From NCBI GenBank assembly GCA_041498295.1, contig JBGQIB010000004.1, forward strand, positions 8-64,007: DNA of 64,000 nt, given 5' to 3'. The notes under the pieces are model-generated. The model saw only the letters and a program-made list of their open reading frames with translations, ran no database searches and was not told where the DNA came from. Of this stretch, positions 39,441 to 47,779 are shown in pieces; position 1 is the first letter of the stretch; every line of letters starts with the position of its first letter. The DNA comes from a bacterium (GTDB lineage: Bacteria; Myxococcota_A; UBA9160; SZUA-336). Position numbers and translations under genes: made by a program.

Positions 39441-41398
39441 GCCAGCGCCGCGACGACGGCCACCATGATGTAGGCGACGTACAGGTGTGCGTTCCCCTGC
39501 TGCAGCAAGCGCAGGCGCGTGAGGTAACTCGCGGCCGCCGCAAGAAGCGGCTCGTAGATGCGCGCGACGATGGGCTCCTCGTATCCCGCACGGAGCGACG
39601 CCGGCCCAGGGGTGACTCCGCGCAATGCGGGTTCGATGGTCCGCGGCGCCAAGACTCGGGGCAGTACGCCGCTCGCGAACAGCTGCGAGAATGAGTGGGC
39701 GGTGTACTGCATGCGCGAGCTAGGCGCTGTGTAGCCGCACGCCCAGGTTTCATCCTCTGCGCGCGCGCCGCTGCGAACCCGCGCGACGAGCAGCGTCGCG
39801 ACGACGGCGACGGCGAGCCAGAGCGCGAGCGACAGCGTGGCGAGAGGCCTGAGTGCGAGCGAGGCGTTCGTCAGCCCGCTCGCTCCGCTCTGGCTGCCCA
39901 GCAGCTCGCCGAGGGGCGCGCCGACGCCGCGAAGCGCGAGTGAGGGCGCGAGGCCGATCGCGACGCAGAGCAGAGCGAGTCCCGCCATGACGGCGAACAT
40001 CGATCCGCCGACGTCGTGCGCGCGCTTCGCGGCCTCGCTTCGCGCCTGGCCGAGAAACACCATCCCGAACAAACGAACGAAAGCCGCCGCGCCGAGCGCA
40101 CCGACCAGCGCGAGCAGCCCGAGCGCGAGCGACGCGACGACGGATCCGAGCGAACTCCCGTCCGTCACCGCGTGAAGGAAACCGAGATACAGGAGCCACT
40201 CACTCGCGAATCCGTTGAGCGGCGGGAGCGCGCCGAGCGCGACGGCTCCGAGCGCGAAGACCACGGCGAGGCGCGGCATCTGGCGCGCCAAGCCCCCGAG
40301 GCGCTCGAGGTCGCGCGTTCCGGCGCCGTGTTGAACCCCGCCCGCCGCGAAGAACAACAGGCCCTTCATCGCCGCGTGATTCCAGATGTGGAAGAGTCCC
40401 GCGGACAGCCCGAGCACCGCGAGCACGCCGTCGCCGCGTGCGAGCGCGGCGAGCCCGACGCCGAGGCCGAGACCGATCAGCCCGAGATTCTCGACGCTGG
40501 AGTGCGCGAGCGCTCGCTTCAGATCGCGCTGCGCAAGCGAGAGAGCGATCCCGAGCAACGCACCGACGAGCCCGAGGGCCGCGAGCGACAGACCGAACGC
40601 CGCGGGCGCGCCTCCAAGCAGCCACACGACGCGCAGCAGCCCGTAGTAGCCGAGCTTCACCATCGCGCCCGACATCAGCGCAGATACATGAGACGGCGCC
40701 GCGGCGTGCGCTTCGGGCAGCCAGACGTGCAGCGGGACGATGCCAGCCTTCACACCGAAGCCGACGAGCGCCAGCGCGAGAAGCGTGCCCGGGCTCGCCG
40801 CCGCGGACGTGAGCGCGGTGCCGGACGCTCCGCCGAGTGAGTCGCCGAGAAGCACGAAGAGCGCGAGCAGCGCGGCAGTGCCCATGTGCGATGCGACCAG
40901 ATAGATCCAACCCGCCCGCCGCGCTTCGGCGCGCTCGTGTTCGAAGGTCACGAGCAGATACGCGCAGAGCGACATGGTCTCCCAGGCGACGAGAAACAGA
41001 ATGCCGTTGCGCGCCAGGGTCACCGCGATCATGGCGGCGCAGAGCCCGTTGAAGAAGAGCCAGCTCACTCCGGCCCGACGCGGGTTGCCGTAGCTCGCGA
41101 GATAGGCGCGGCCGTAGAGCGCCGCGAGCGCCGAGAGCCCGAGCACCGGAACCAGAAAGAACGCCGACAGCGGATCGAGCCCGAATGACAGCGCGCCGCC
41201 GGGCAGGCTCCAGGGAAGCTCTGCGCGCAGCTCCACTCCTCCAGACAGCACGCGGACGACCGGCAGCAATCCGAGCAGCGCGGCGAGCGGCGCGCCGGCG
41301 CAGCCGAGTGCGGCGGACCAACGGGGCGAGCGCGCACTCGCGACCGCTGCGAGCCCCGAGGCGAGCAGAAGGGCGCACGCCGCGAGGAGCGCCGTCAT
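39407..41398 (-). CDS. NuoL/HyfB-like antiporter subunit (paralogue 1)
   Basis: 663 aa with 'IVPLHVWLPEAHAAAPSHVSALM' and 'HSSVENLG'. The ATG overlaps the upstream HTH-EIIA gene stop (ATGA). Confidence 0.75.
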   Translation of the reverse strand: MTALLAACALLLASGLAAVASARSPRWSAALGCAGAPLAALLGLLPVVRVLSGGVELRAELPWSLPGGALSFGLDPLSAFFLVPVLGLSALAALYGRAYLASYGNPRRAGVSWLFFNGLCAAMIAVTLARNGILFLVAWETMSLCAYLLVTFEHERAEARRAGWIYLVASHMGTAALLALFVLLGDSLGGASGTALTSAAASPGTLLALALVGFGVKAGIVPLHVWLPEAHAAAPSHVSALMSGAMVKLGYYGLLRVVWLLGGAPAAFGLSLAALGLVGALLGIALSLAQRDLKRALAHSSVENLGLIGLGLGVGLAALARGDGVLAVLGLSAGLFHIWNHAAMKGLLFFAAGGVQHGAGTRDLERLGGLARQMPRLAVVFALGAVALGALPPLNGFASEWLLYLGFLHAVTDGSSLGSVVASLALGLLALVGALGAAAFVRLFGMVFLGQARSEAAKRAHDVGGSMFAVMAGLALLCVAIGLAPSLALRGVGAPLGELLGSQSGASGLTNASLALRPLATLSLALWLAVAVVATLLVARVRSGARAEDETWACGYTAPSSRMQYTAHSFSQLFASGVLPRVLAPRTIEPALRGVTPGPASLRAGYEEPIVARIYEPLLAAAASYLTRLRLLQQGNAHLYVAYIMVAVVAALAWASLREVIGR

Positions 41399-42096
41399 GC
41401 GGTCGGCGAATTCGTTTCAGTGGCGAAGCCGGACTCTACTCGGCGCAGCACCGCCGCAATCTCATCTGGCGGTGCGCGCCGCTCGAGGACGCGGCGGAAG
41501 GCGGGGTCGTGCAGCGCTGCAGACAACCGCGAAAGCAGCCGCAGATGTGTACGACTGGTCGGAGTCACGATCACGAACAGGATCCCGACCGGCTTCCCGT
41601 CGAGCGCGCCGAACGGGATCGGCTCCTCGAGAAAGCAGAGCGCGACCGCGGGTCGCACGTGCAGCAGCACCGGGTTGCGAACATGCGGGATCGCGATGCC
41701 ATCGCCGATCGCCGTAGACCCGAGGTTCTCGCGCGCGAGCAGCACCTCGTAGAGAAACTCGCGGTCTACTTCCTCGGGGAGCTCGAGCACGCGCACGACG
41801 TCGCGCAGCACCGTCTCGCGATCGGCGCCGCCCTTCATGAAGTGGATGCCTCCGGCCTCGAGCGCGTCCTCCAATGTCGGAAGCGGCGCCTCCTCTCGGG
41901 AGGGTTCCGAGAAGAGCTCCGCGGATACGCGCACCCCTTGAGCCGTCGCCCATTCCAGCAGCTCTGCGCGATTGAAACGGTGCTGCCCGTGCGCGCGGTG
42001 GACGGGGAGACCTCGATCGTCGATCCAACGGTAGATCGTCTTATCGGGAACACCGAGCAGACGCGCGGCGTCCCGCACCGTGATCTTGACCCCCAC
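41395..42096 (-). CDS. Regulatory protein with an N-terminal MerR/excisionase-type HTH and a C-terminal PTS EIIA(Fru/Ntr)-like domain
   Basis: 'ITVRDAARLLGVPDKTIYRWIDDRGLPVHR' is an HTH. The C-terminal 150 aa contain 'AIGDGIAIPH', the EIIA type-2 phosphorylatable-His motif. It is the first gene of the membrane-complex operon. Confidence 0.65.
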   Translation of the reverse strand: MGVKITVRDAARLLGVPDKTIYRWIDDRGLPVHRAHGQHRFNRAELLEWATAQGVRVSAELFSEPSREEAPLPTLEDALEAGGIHFMKGGADRETVLRDVVRVLELPEEVDREFLYEVLLARENLGSTAIGDGIAIPHVRNPVLLHVRPAVALCFLEEPIPFGALDGKPVGILFVIVTPTSRTHLRLLSRLSAALHDPAFRRVLERRAPPDEIAAVLRRVESGFATETNSPTA

Positions 42097-42409
42097 CGGC
42101 AGCTCTCCGCCCGCGAGATCCGCAGGCGCGTCGGTTGTTTAGAGCGGGTCGCCGTTGCTGTCAACCGACCGCGATCGAGGTGTGAGCGGGGCCGCGGGCT
42201 GCCGCGCGCTGATTCCCTCGCCCAGCGTGATCCCGACCTTCGGCTCGAGCTGGCATTCGTGGGCGCCGCGGTCACCAAAACCATCCGGACCGACTCACTC
42301 CGGACCGCCCTCCGAATCCGTGCACAGAAATACTCTCGCGCGAGTCCGGGGTGCCGTAACCCCGTCTACGAGATTTCTCTTTTCCATTGCCGGGGCCAAG
42401 GCTGAGAAT

Positions 42410-43096
42410 GTGGCGGTGAGTCACGTGTGGCGGCCGTGGGCGTTCGGTCTGTTGGAACTCGGGTTTGCGTTTTCGTTCGCGGCGACTCCGGATGCGGCGA
42501 CCACCACTTGGTACTTCGAGGGCGTGGTTCGCGAGGTGGTCGAGGCGCCGGAGCTGACTCCGCTCGGTGTGACTCCGGGCACGGCATTCTCCGCGACGAT
42601 CTCGCTCGAGTCATCGATCGCCAACGACTCGGCGGACCCGGACTCCACCGACTACCCAGGCGCCATCCTCGCGGCTGACTTCAACGCCGGCACGTATCAC
42701 CTCTCGATCCAACCGAACCCGGGGTTGTCTCTCCTCCAGGTGTTCGCGCCGATCCCATTGCTCATCGCGCAGGGCGTGCGACTCGAGCCTGTCGGCTCTC
42801 CGCTAGAGAACCTTCTGGTCGAGCTGAGGGCCTTCGGAATCGCCCCCGGGGTCTTCGCGTTGGATGCAATGCCGATCGATCCGCCGTCGCTGGACGACCT
42901 GGCCCCATACCCGGAGTTGCCATCCGGCGTAGGCACGGCTCTTACGATCTCCGGCCATCACGACGGCATCGGTCACTACATGCAAGCCGAGATCACTCGC
43001 TGGGAGCGCGTGCCTGAGCCCGCCACGGGCGCGCTCGTGGGTCTCGTTCTTCTTGCGCCGCACGCGCTGCGACTCAGGAGGCGCCGGGCAGCTTGA
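42410..43096 (+). CDS. PEP-CTERM sorting-signal protein (secreted/exosortase substrate)
   Basis: The C-terminus 'VPEPATGALVGLVLLAPHALRLRRRRAA*' is a textbook PEP motif plus transmembrane helix plus Arg cluster. GTG at 42410 gives signal peptide 'VAVSHVWRPWAFGLLELGFAFSFAATP'. AAGG lies 9 nt upstream and the 5' region is low in GC. Confidence 0.6.
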   Translation: MAVSHVWRPWAFGLLELGFAFSFAATPDAATTTWYFEGVVREVVEAPELTPLGVTPGTAFSATISLESSIANDSADPDSTDYPGAILAADFNAGTYHLSIQPNPGLSLLQVFAPIPLLIAQGVRLEPVGSPLENLLVELRAFGIAPGVFALDAMPIDPPSLDDLAPYPELPSGVGTALTISGHHDGIGHYMQAEITRWERVPEPATGALVGLVLLAPHALRLRRRRAA

Positions 43097-44234
43097 TGCC
43101 CTGTTTCTCGAACTCCTTGGCGATCGCGCCGCCGTACTCGGCCAAGAGATCGCCGCGCGCCTTCTGCGTCGCCTCGATCGTCGCGATGCGGCCGGCGTTG
43201 CGGTCCTGGAAGCGCGGCATCACGTAGCGCGAGAAGAGCTCGTAACTCTTCTTTGTGTTGTCCCACGACGCCCAGTTATGCGCGAGCTGCAGGAACGTGC
43301 CGAAGCCGCCCGACTCGTTCTGCAGCCGCTCGAGCTGCTCGATCGCGTCGTCCGGCGTGCCGATCACCGCGAACCTCTGCGCGATCATGCTCTCGATCAC
43401 TTCGTCGACCGAGCCCGGCATGCCGAGCGGCAGCGACGCGACTTCGCGGAAGTAGAACAGCCAGTCACCGAGGCCGAAGCGCACGTTCGCGCGGGCTTGC
43501 TCGCGCGTCTCCGCGATGTGCATCGGTCCGACCAGGCGCCAGCGCGAGCGGTCTGCCTCGAACCCGTTCGCCTTGCTCGAATCCGTGTAGACCTGCCAGT
43601 TCATGCCGAGCATGCTGAAGCCCTCGAAGCTCGTCGCCCCGAGCGACAGGAGACCCGCGCCGTGCTTGCCCGCGATGCGTGCGCCGGCGGGCGAGATCTG
43701 CGACGCGACCGCGTATTCGAGGTTCTGACTGAACGGACGGAGCTGCAGCCGCGCGTCGACCAGCCGGAACCAGCTTCCGTCGTGAGTCACGGTCTCGCCG
43801 CGGAGCAGGCGCAGAATCACGCCGAGCCCCTCGTCGAGCATGTCGCGCTGCTTCGACGCTTCGAGCCCGAGCATGCGTGCGTCGGACTGGAGCGCGCCCG
43901 GGCCGGAGCCGAACATGACCCGGCCGCGAGTCATGTGGTCCAGCTGCACGATCCGCTCCGCGATCATGAACGGGTGATGGTACGGAACCGAGATGACACC
44001 CGTGCCGAGCCGGATGTGCCTCGTGTGCTGTGAGGCGATCGCGAGGAAGATCTCGGGCGACGCGATCAGCTCGAAGCCGGCGGAGTGGTGCTCTCCCACC
44101 CAGGCCTCGTCATAGCGCAGCTGATCGAGCCACTTCAGCAGCTCGAGGTCGCGGTCGAGACACGCCGTCGGGTCCTCGCGGACGGGATGGAACGGCGCGA
44201 GAAAGATCCCGAAGCGCAGCGGCGGATGGCTCAT
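43074..44234 (-). CDS. LLM-class (luciferase-like) flavin-dependent oxidoreductase
   Basis: 386 aa. 'MSHPPLRFGIFLAPFHP' matches an LLM N-terminus, and a TIM-barrel pattern runs throughout. Confidence 0.8.
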   Translation of the reverse strand: MSHPPLRFGIFLAPFHPVREDPTACLDRDLELLKWLDQLRYDEAWVGEHHSAGFELIASPEIFLAIASQHTRHIRLGTGVISVPYHHPFMIAERIVQLDHMTRGRVMFGSGPGALQSDARMLGLEASKQRDMLDEGLGVILRLLRGETVTHDGSWFRLVDARLQLRPFSQNLEYAVASQISPAGARIAGKHGAGLLSLGATSFEGFSMLGMNWQVYTDSSKANGFEADRSRWRLVGPMHIAETREQARANVRFGLGDWLFYFREVASLPLGMPGSVDEVIESMIAQRFAVIGTPDDAIEQLERLQNESGGFGTFLQLAHNWASWDNTKKSYELFSRYVMPRFQDRNAGRIATIEATQKARGDLLAEYGGAIAKEFEKQGIKLPGAS

Positions 44235-44329
44235 CGCTCGACTCTCCTAGAGCGCCGGCAGGGCGCGGCGCCATCGTGCCACAGCCGAGCGGCGACCGTC
44301 CGACTCGGCTTCTGACGTATGCTGTCGCG

Positions 44330-45010
44330 GTGAAGCTCGCGAAGCCGTGCATCGACGTCGGTCTGTACACGAATCGCCGCGACGAGATGCTCGCGTTCTG
44401 GCGCGACGAGGTCGGGCTGCCGTACGAGGAGCTGCTGCCGATGGGCGGCGGCGTGCAGCAGCACCGGCTCGGGCTGAACGGCTCGGTGCTGAAGATCAAT
44501 CACTCGCGCGAGCCGCTGCCGGACGAGCCACGCGCCGGCTATCGCGAGCTCGCGATCGCGCGCCCGGGCCTCGGCGCGCCCCGCGCGCTCGTCGACCCGG
44601 ACGGGAATCGGGTCGTGCTCGTGCCAGAGCGACACACATCGGTGTCGCGCATCGGACTCACTCTGGGCGTGCGCGACCCGGCCGCATTCCGCGCCTTCTA
44701 CGGACGCGCACTGGAGCTCGAGCCCGCCGGCGACGACGCGTTCCTCTGCGGCGACTCACTCCTGCGTTTCGCGGCCGCCGCCGACGCCAAGCCCGTCGGC
44801 CGCATGACCGGCCCAGGTTACCGCTACTTCACGATCCAAGTTTTCGACGTGAACCGAGAGCACGCGGGCATCGTCGCGCGCGGAGGCTCCGAGGGCAGGG
44901 CGCCGCTCACGCTCGGCTCGGTCGCGCGCATCTCGTTCGTGCGCGACCCCGACGGCAATTGGATCGAGATCTCGCAGCGTGCGTCACTGACCGGGCCCTT
45001 GCCGCGTTGA
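44330..45010 (+). CDS. VOC/glyoxalase-family protein
   Basis: GTG at 44330 (V101 of ORF 44030..45010) is the first start after the end of the convergent LLM gene. Two betaalphabetabetabeta modules are present. The earlier part of the ORF is R-rich shadow. Confidence 0.55.
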   Translation: MKLAKPCIDVGLYTNRRDEMLAFWRDEVGLPYEELLPMGGGVQQHRLGLNGSVLKINHSREPLPDEPRAGYRELAIARPGLGAPRALVDPDGNRVVLVPERHTSVSRIGLTLGVRDPAAFRAFYGRALELEPAGDDAFLCGDSLLRFAAAADAKPVGRMTGPGYRYFTIQVFDVNREHAGIVARGGSEGRAPLTLGSVARISFVRDPDGNWIEISQRASLTGPLPR

Positions 45011-45903
45011 ACGCCAGGCTCGACTGGTTCGGCTGCGCGACTTTCCGACTCACGATCGGAGAGCTCGTGATCTTCCTCGACGCCTACCTCGACCGGGTGC
45101 CGGCCGCGCCGCAAGTCGGGCTGCGCCCCGAAGAGGTCGAGCGTGCGGACTGGATCGTCGTGGGGCACTCGCACTTCGACCATCTCTACGGCGCGGAGCG
45201 GATCGCGAAGCGCACCGGCGCGAAGATCCTCGGCTCGCACGAGACGGTGAGGATCATGGAGGCGCAGGGCGTTCCGATCGAGCAGATGATCGCCGTGGCG
45301 GGAGGCGAGCGCGTGCGGCTCTCCGACGACGTGGTCGTCGACGTCTATCCGAGCCAACACTCCTGTGTTTGGTCACAGGGCGCCATGAGTCCGAGCGACG
45401 AGGTCTGCATCGGCGACCTCGGACTGACTTGGCAAGAACAGCAAGTGCGCTTCCGCGGCCTCGCCGCGCACTTCGGAACGCTCGGCCCGGAGGTGCTCGC
45501 CCATCTCTTGGCCAGCGCGCAGGGCCCGCGCGGAGATGGCGGCGCGCTGGTGTACCACTTCCGCACCGCGCAGGGATCCCTCTTCTACCAGGATACGTCG
45601 GGTCACTGGAGCGGAATCCTGCGCGACCTGCGGCCCGACGTCGCGATCCTGGCCGCCGCGGGCCGGGGCAACGTCGACGGCGAGCCGATCCAGGGCTCCC
45701 TCGCACAGTTCGTCGCGCGCCAGGTCGACTTACTCCGCCCCCGCCGCGTGTTTCTCGGACACCACGACGACTGGCTGCCCGGCTTCTCGCGCGCCATCGA
45801 TGTGAAGCCAATCCGCGAAGAGATCGCGCGCCTGCGGCCTGCCACCGAGCTCGTCGAAACGGGCTACGGTGCTGCATTCCCGCTCTTCAAGGGGAGAACA
45901 TGA
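45007..45903 (+). CDS. MBL-fold metallo-hydrolase
   Basis: 'IVVGHSHFDHLYGAERIA' is the HxHxDH motif. The C-terminal 'HHDDW' is a metal ligand. A TTG at 45007 overlaps the upstream stop (TTGA). There is no in-frame ATG nearby. Confidence 0.6.
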   Translation: MNARLDWFGCATFRLTIGELVIFLDAYLDRVPAAPQVGLRPEEVERADWIVVGHSHFDHLYGAERIAKRTGAKILGSHETVRIMEAQGVPIEQMIAVAGGERVRLSDDVVVDVYPSQHSCVWSQGAMSPSDEVCIGDLGLTWQEQQVRFRGLAAHFGTLGPEVLAHLLASAQGPRGDGGALVYHFRTAQGSLFYQDTSGHWSGILRDLRPDVAILAAAGRGNVDGEPIQGSLAQFVARQVDLLRPRRVFLGHHDDWLPGFSRAIDVKPIREEIARLRPATELVETGYGAAFPLFKGRT

Positions 45904-46577
45904 AGCGCTCGGCGGCGGCTCTGGCCGTGGTTCTCTCGGCTCTGGCATCGGTCGCGGGCGCTCAGGCCCAAGTCCAGACTCAGGAGTCACAGGCCGCGAT
46001 GACTCCGGCGCTGGCGCTCGAGCGGCTGCGCGACGGCAACGCGCGCTTCAGCGCGAATGCGACCAAGGCGCGCGACTGGTCGGCGAAGGTCGCGGCCACC
46101 GCGTCGGGTCAGTTCCCGTTCGCGGCGGTGCTCGCGTGCATGGACTCGCGCGCGCCGGTCGAGATCGTCTTCGACCAGGGCCTCGGCGACGTGTTCGGCG
46201 TGCGCGTCGCGGGAAACGTCGTGAACGACGACGAGCTCGGGAGCCTCGAATACGCCGCCAAGGTGGGCGCGAAGCTGATCGTGGTGCTCGGCCACACGCG
46301 CTGCGGCGCGGTGAGGGGCGCCATCGAGGGCGTCGAGCTCGGCAACTTGACCGGGTTACTCGCGAAGATCCACCCGGCCGTGGAAGCGGCGAAGTGCAGC
46401 GACGCCAAGAGCGACGCCTGTGTCACTTCGGTCGCCGAGCAGAACGTGCGCCAGTCGATGCGCGAGATCCGCGCGCGCAGCCCCTATCTCAGAAAGTATC
46501 TGGACGAGGGGAAGATCCAGCTGGTCGGCGCCATGTACGAGGTCGAGACGGGCCGGGTGACGTTTCTGAATCCCTAG
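45900..46577 (+). CDS. Beta-class carbonic anhydrase with an N-terminal signal peptide
   Basis: ATG at 45900 is preceded by GGGGAGA and overlaps the MBL stop (ATGA). 'MKRSAAALAVVLSALASVAGAQA' is a signal peptide. 'CMDSRAPVE' and 'GHTRCGAV' are the beta-CA zinc-ligand blocks. Confidence 0.8.
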   Translation: MKRSAAALAVVLSALASVAGAQAQVQTQESQAAMTPALALERLRDGNARFSANATKARDWSAKVAATASGQFPFAAVLACMDSRAPVEIVFDQGLGDVFGVRVAGNVVNDDELGSLEYAAKVGAKLIVVLGHTRCGAVRGAIEGVELGNLTGLLAKIHPAVEAAKCSDAKSDACVTSVAEQNVRQSMREIRARSPYLRKYLDEGKIQLVGAMYEVETGRVTFLNP

Positions 46578-47779
46578 TTGTCTGGCTTGATTTCCAGCTG
46601 TTTCTTCAAGCGTTCCTCGCGCTTCGCGCTGGCCCGCTCGGCGAGCTCCGTCTCGATCGCGCGCACTTCGAGCATCTTGCGGAAGCGCGCCAGCTTCTCG
46701 GGGTCGGGGATCGTCTTGTCGAAGCTCACCCAACAGGTGGCGCTCGCCTCGGTTCCCTGTTGCGACGTGGCGGTGAGGCGCAGCTCGTTGCGACCCTGCT
46801 GCAGGGGCGCGAAGCCGTCGAAGCTGCCGTCGGGGAAGAGGCGCACGGCGCGACCGGCTTCGCCGTTCGTCGTGTTCTCGAGCCGTACCTTCGCGATGCT
46901 CGTCCACGACAAGTACGGGACGAACTCGACGATGTCGCCGGGCTGGTCGAGCACGAGCAGCTCGCCGCCGTTCGCGCGCACGATCTCGTCGAAGCGGTCG
47001 CGCGCGACCGCGGCGGTGGGCCCGAGCGCATAGGCGTAGATGCGCGCGTGTGCGCGCGCGGCGTTCCGCGCGGCGTGAACCGAGATGCGCTGCGCGGCGC
47101 CTGGAGGCACGGGCGGCGACGTCGGCACCCCGTCCGAGAGGAGCAAGATCTCGCGCTGTCGAGTCACTCCGGGCTCGGCGGGCGCGGTCTCGAACGCGTC
47201 GATTGCCGTCTCGAGCGCGCCGTAGATGTTCGTGCCGTTCTCGTTCGGCCAGGGCGGGAGGGCGTCGAGCGCCGCGAGCAGCTGCGCGCGCGAGCTCCCG
47301 AGCGGCGCTTCGACCTTGGTGTTGCCGCCGAACGTGAGGATCGCCATGCGCGTGGTCTCGGGATCGAGGCGCTCGACCAGACGGCGCGCGGCCAGCGTCT
47401 CGGCGGAGACGATCGTGTCGCCGAAGTCGGAGGTCCAGAGCATGATCTCCTCAGGGGGCTCGCCGGGATATTGGCGCCCGACGACTCCGTCGCCGTCGAC
47501 GTCGACGCCGCTCGCGCGGAAGGTGCTGCCCGAGCGATCCAGCACGATCACCACGTCGTGCTTGCCGCGCAGACCCGTGCCCGCCCAGCCGCGCACTTCG
47601 ACGAGGTTGATCGGCTCGTGCACCGCATCGCCCGAGCGCGGCACGTCGACCTCGAGGTACACGCGCTCCGCGCGCGCCGAGGAGGCGAGCGCGGCCCCCA
47701 GCACTGCGAGTAGTATCCCAAGAGCGAGGCGCGGCACGCCCCGGAGGATCCCCGTGAAATTCACCTGGTTCAACCTCAT
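46574..47779 (-). CDS. Secreted von Willebrand factor A (VWA) domain protein
   Basis: 'VVIVLDRSGS' is the MIDAS DxSxS motif, with 'LLSDGVPT' further on. Signal peptide '..LALGILLAVLGAALASSARA'. The start is uncertain: ATG 47779, GTG 47737 or ATG 47839. Confidence 0.6.
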   Translation of the reverse strand: MRLNQVNFTGILRGVPRLALGILLAVLGAALASSARAERVYLEVDVPRSGDAVHEPINLVEVRGWAGTGLRGKHDVVIVLDRSGSTFRASGVDVDGDGVVGRQYPGEPPEEIMLWTSDFGDTIVSAETLAARRLVERLDPETTRMAILTFGGNTKVEAPLGSSRAQLLAALDALPPWPNENGTNIYGALETAIDAFETAPAEPGVTRQREILLLSDGVPTSPPVPPGAAQRISVHAARNAARAHARIYAYALGPTAAVARDRFDEIVRANGGELLVLDQPGDIVEFVPYLSWTSIAKVRLENTTNGEAGRAVRLFPDGSFDGFAPLQQGRNELRLTATSQQGTEASATCWVSFDKTIPDPEKLARFRKMLEVRAIETELAERASAKREERLKKQLEIKPDN

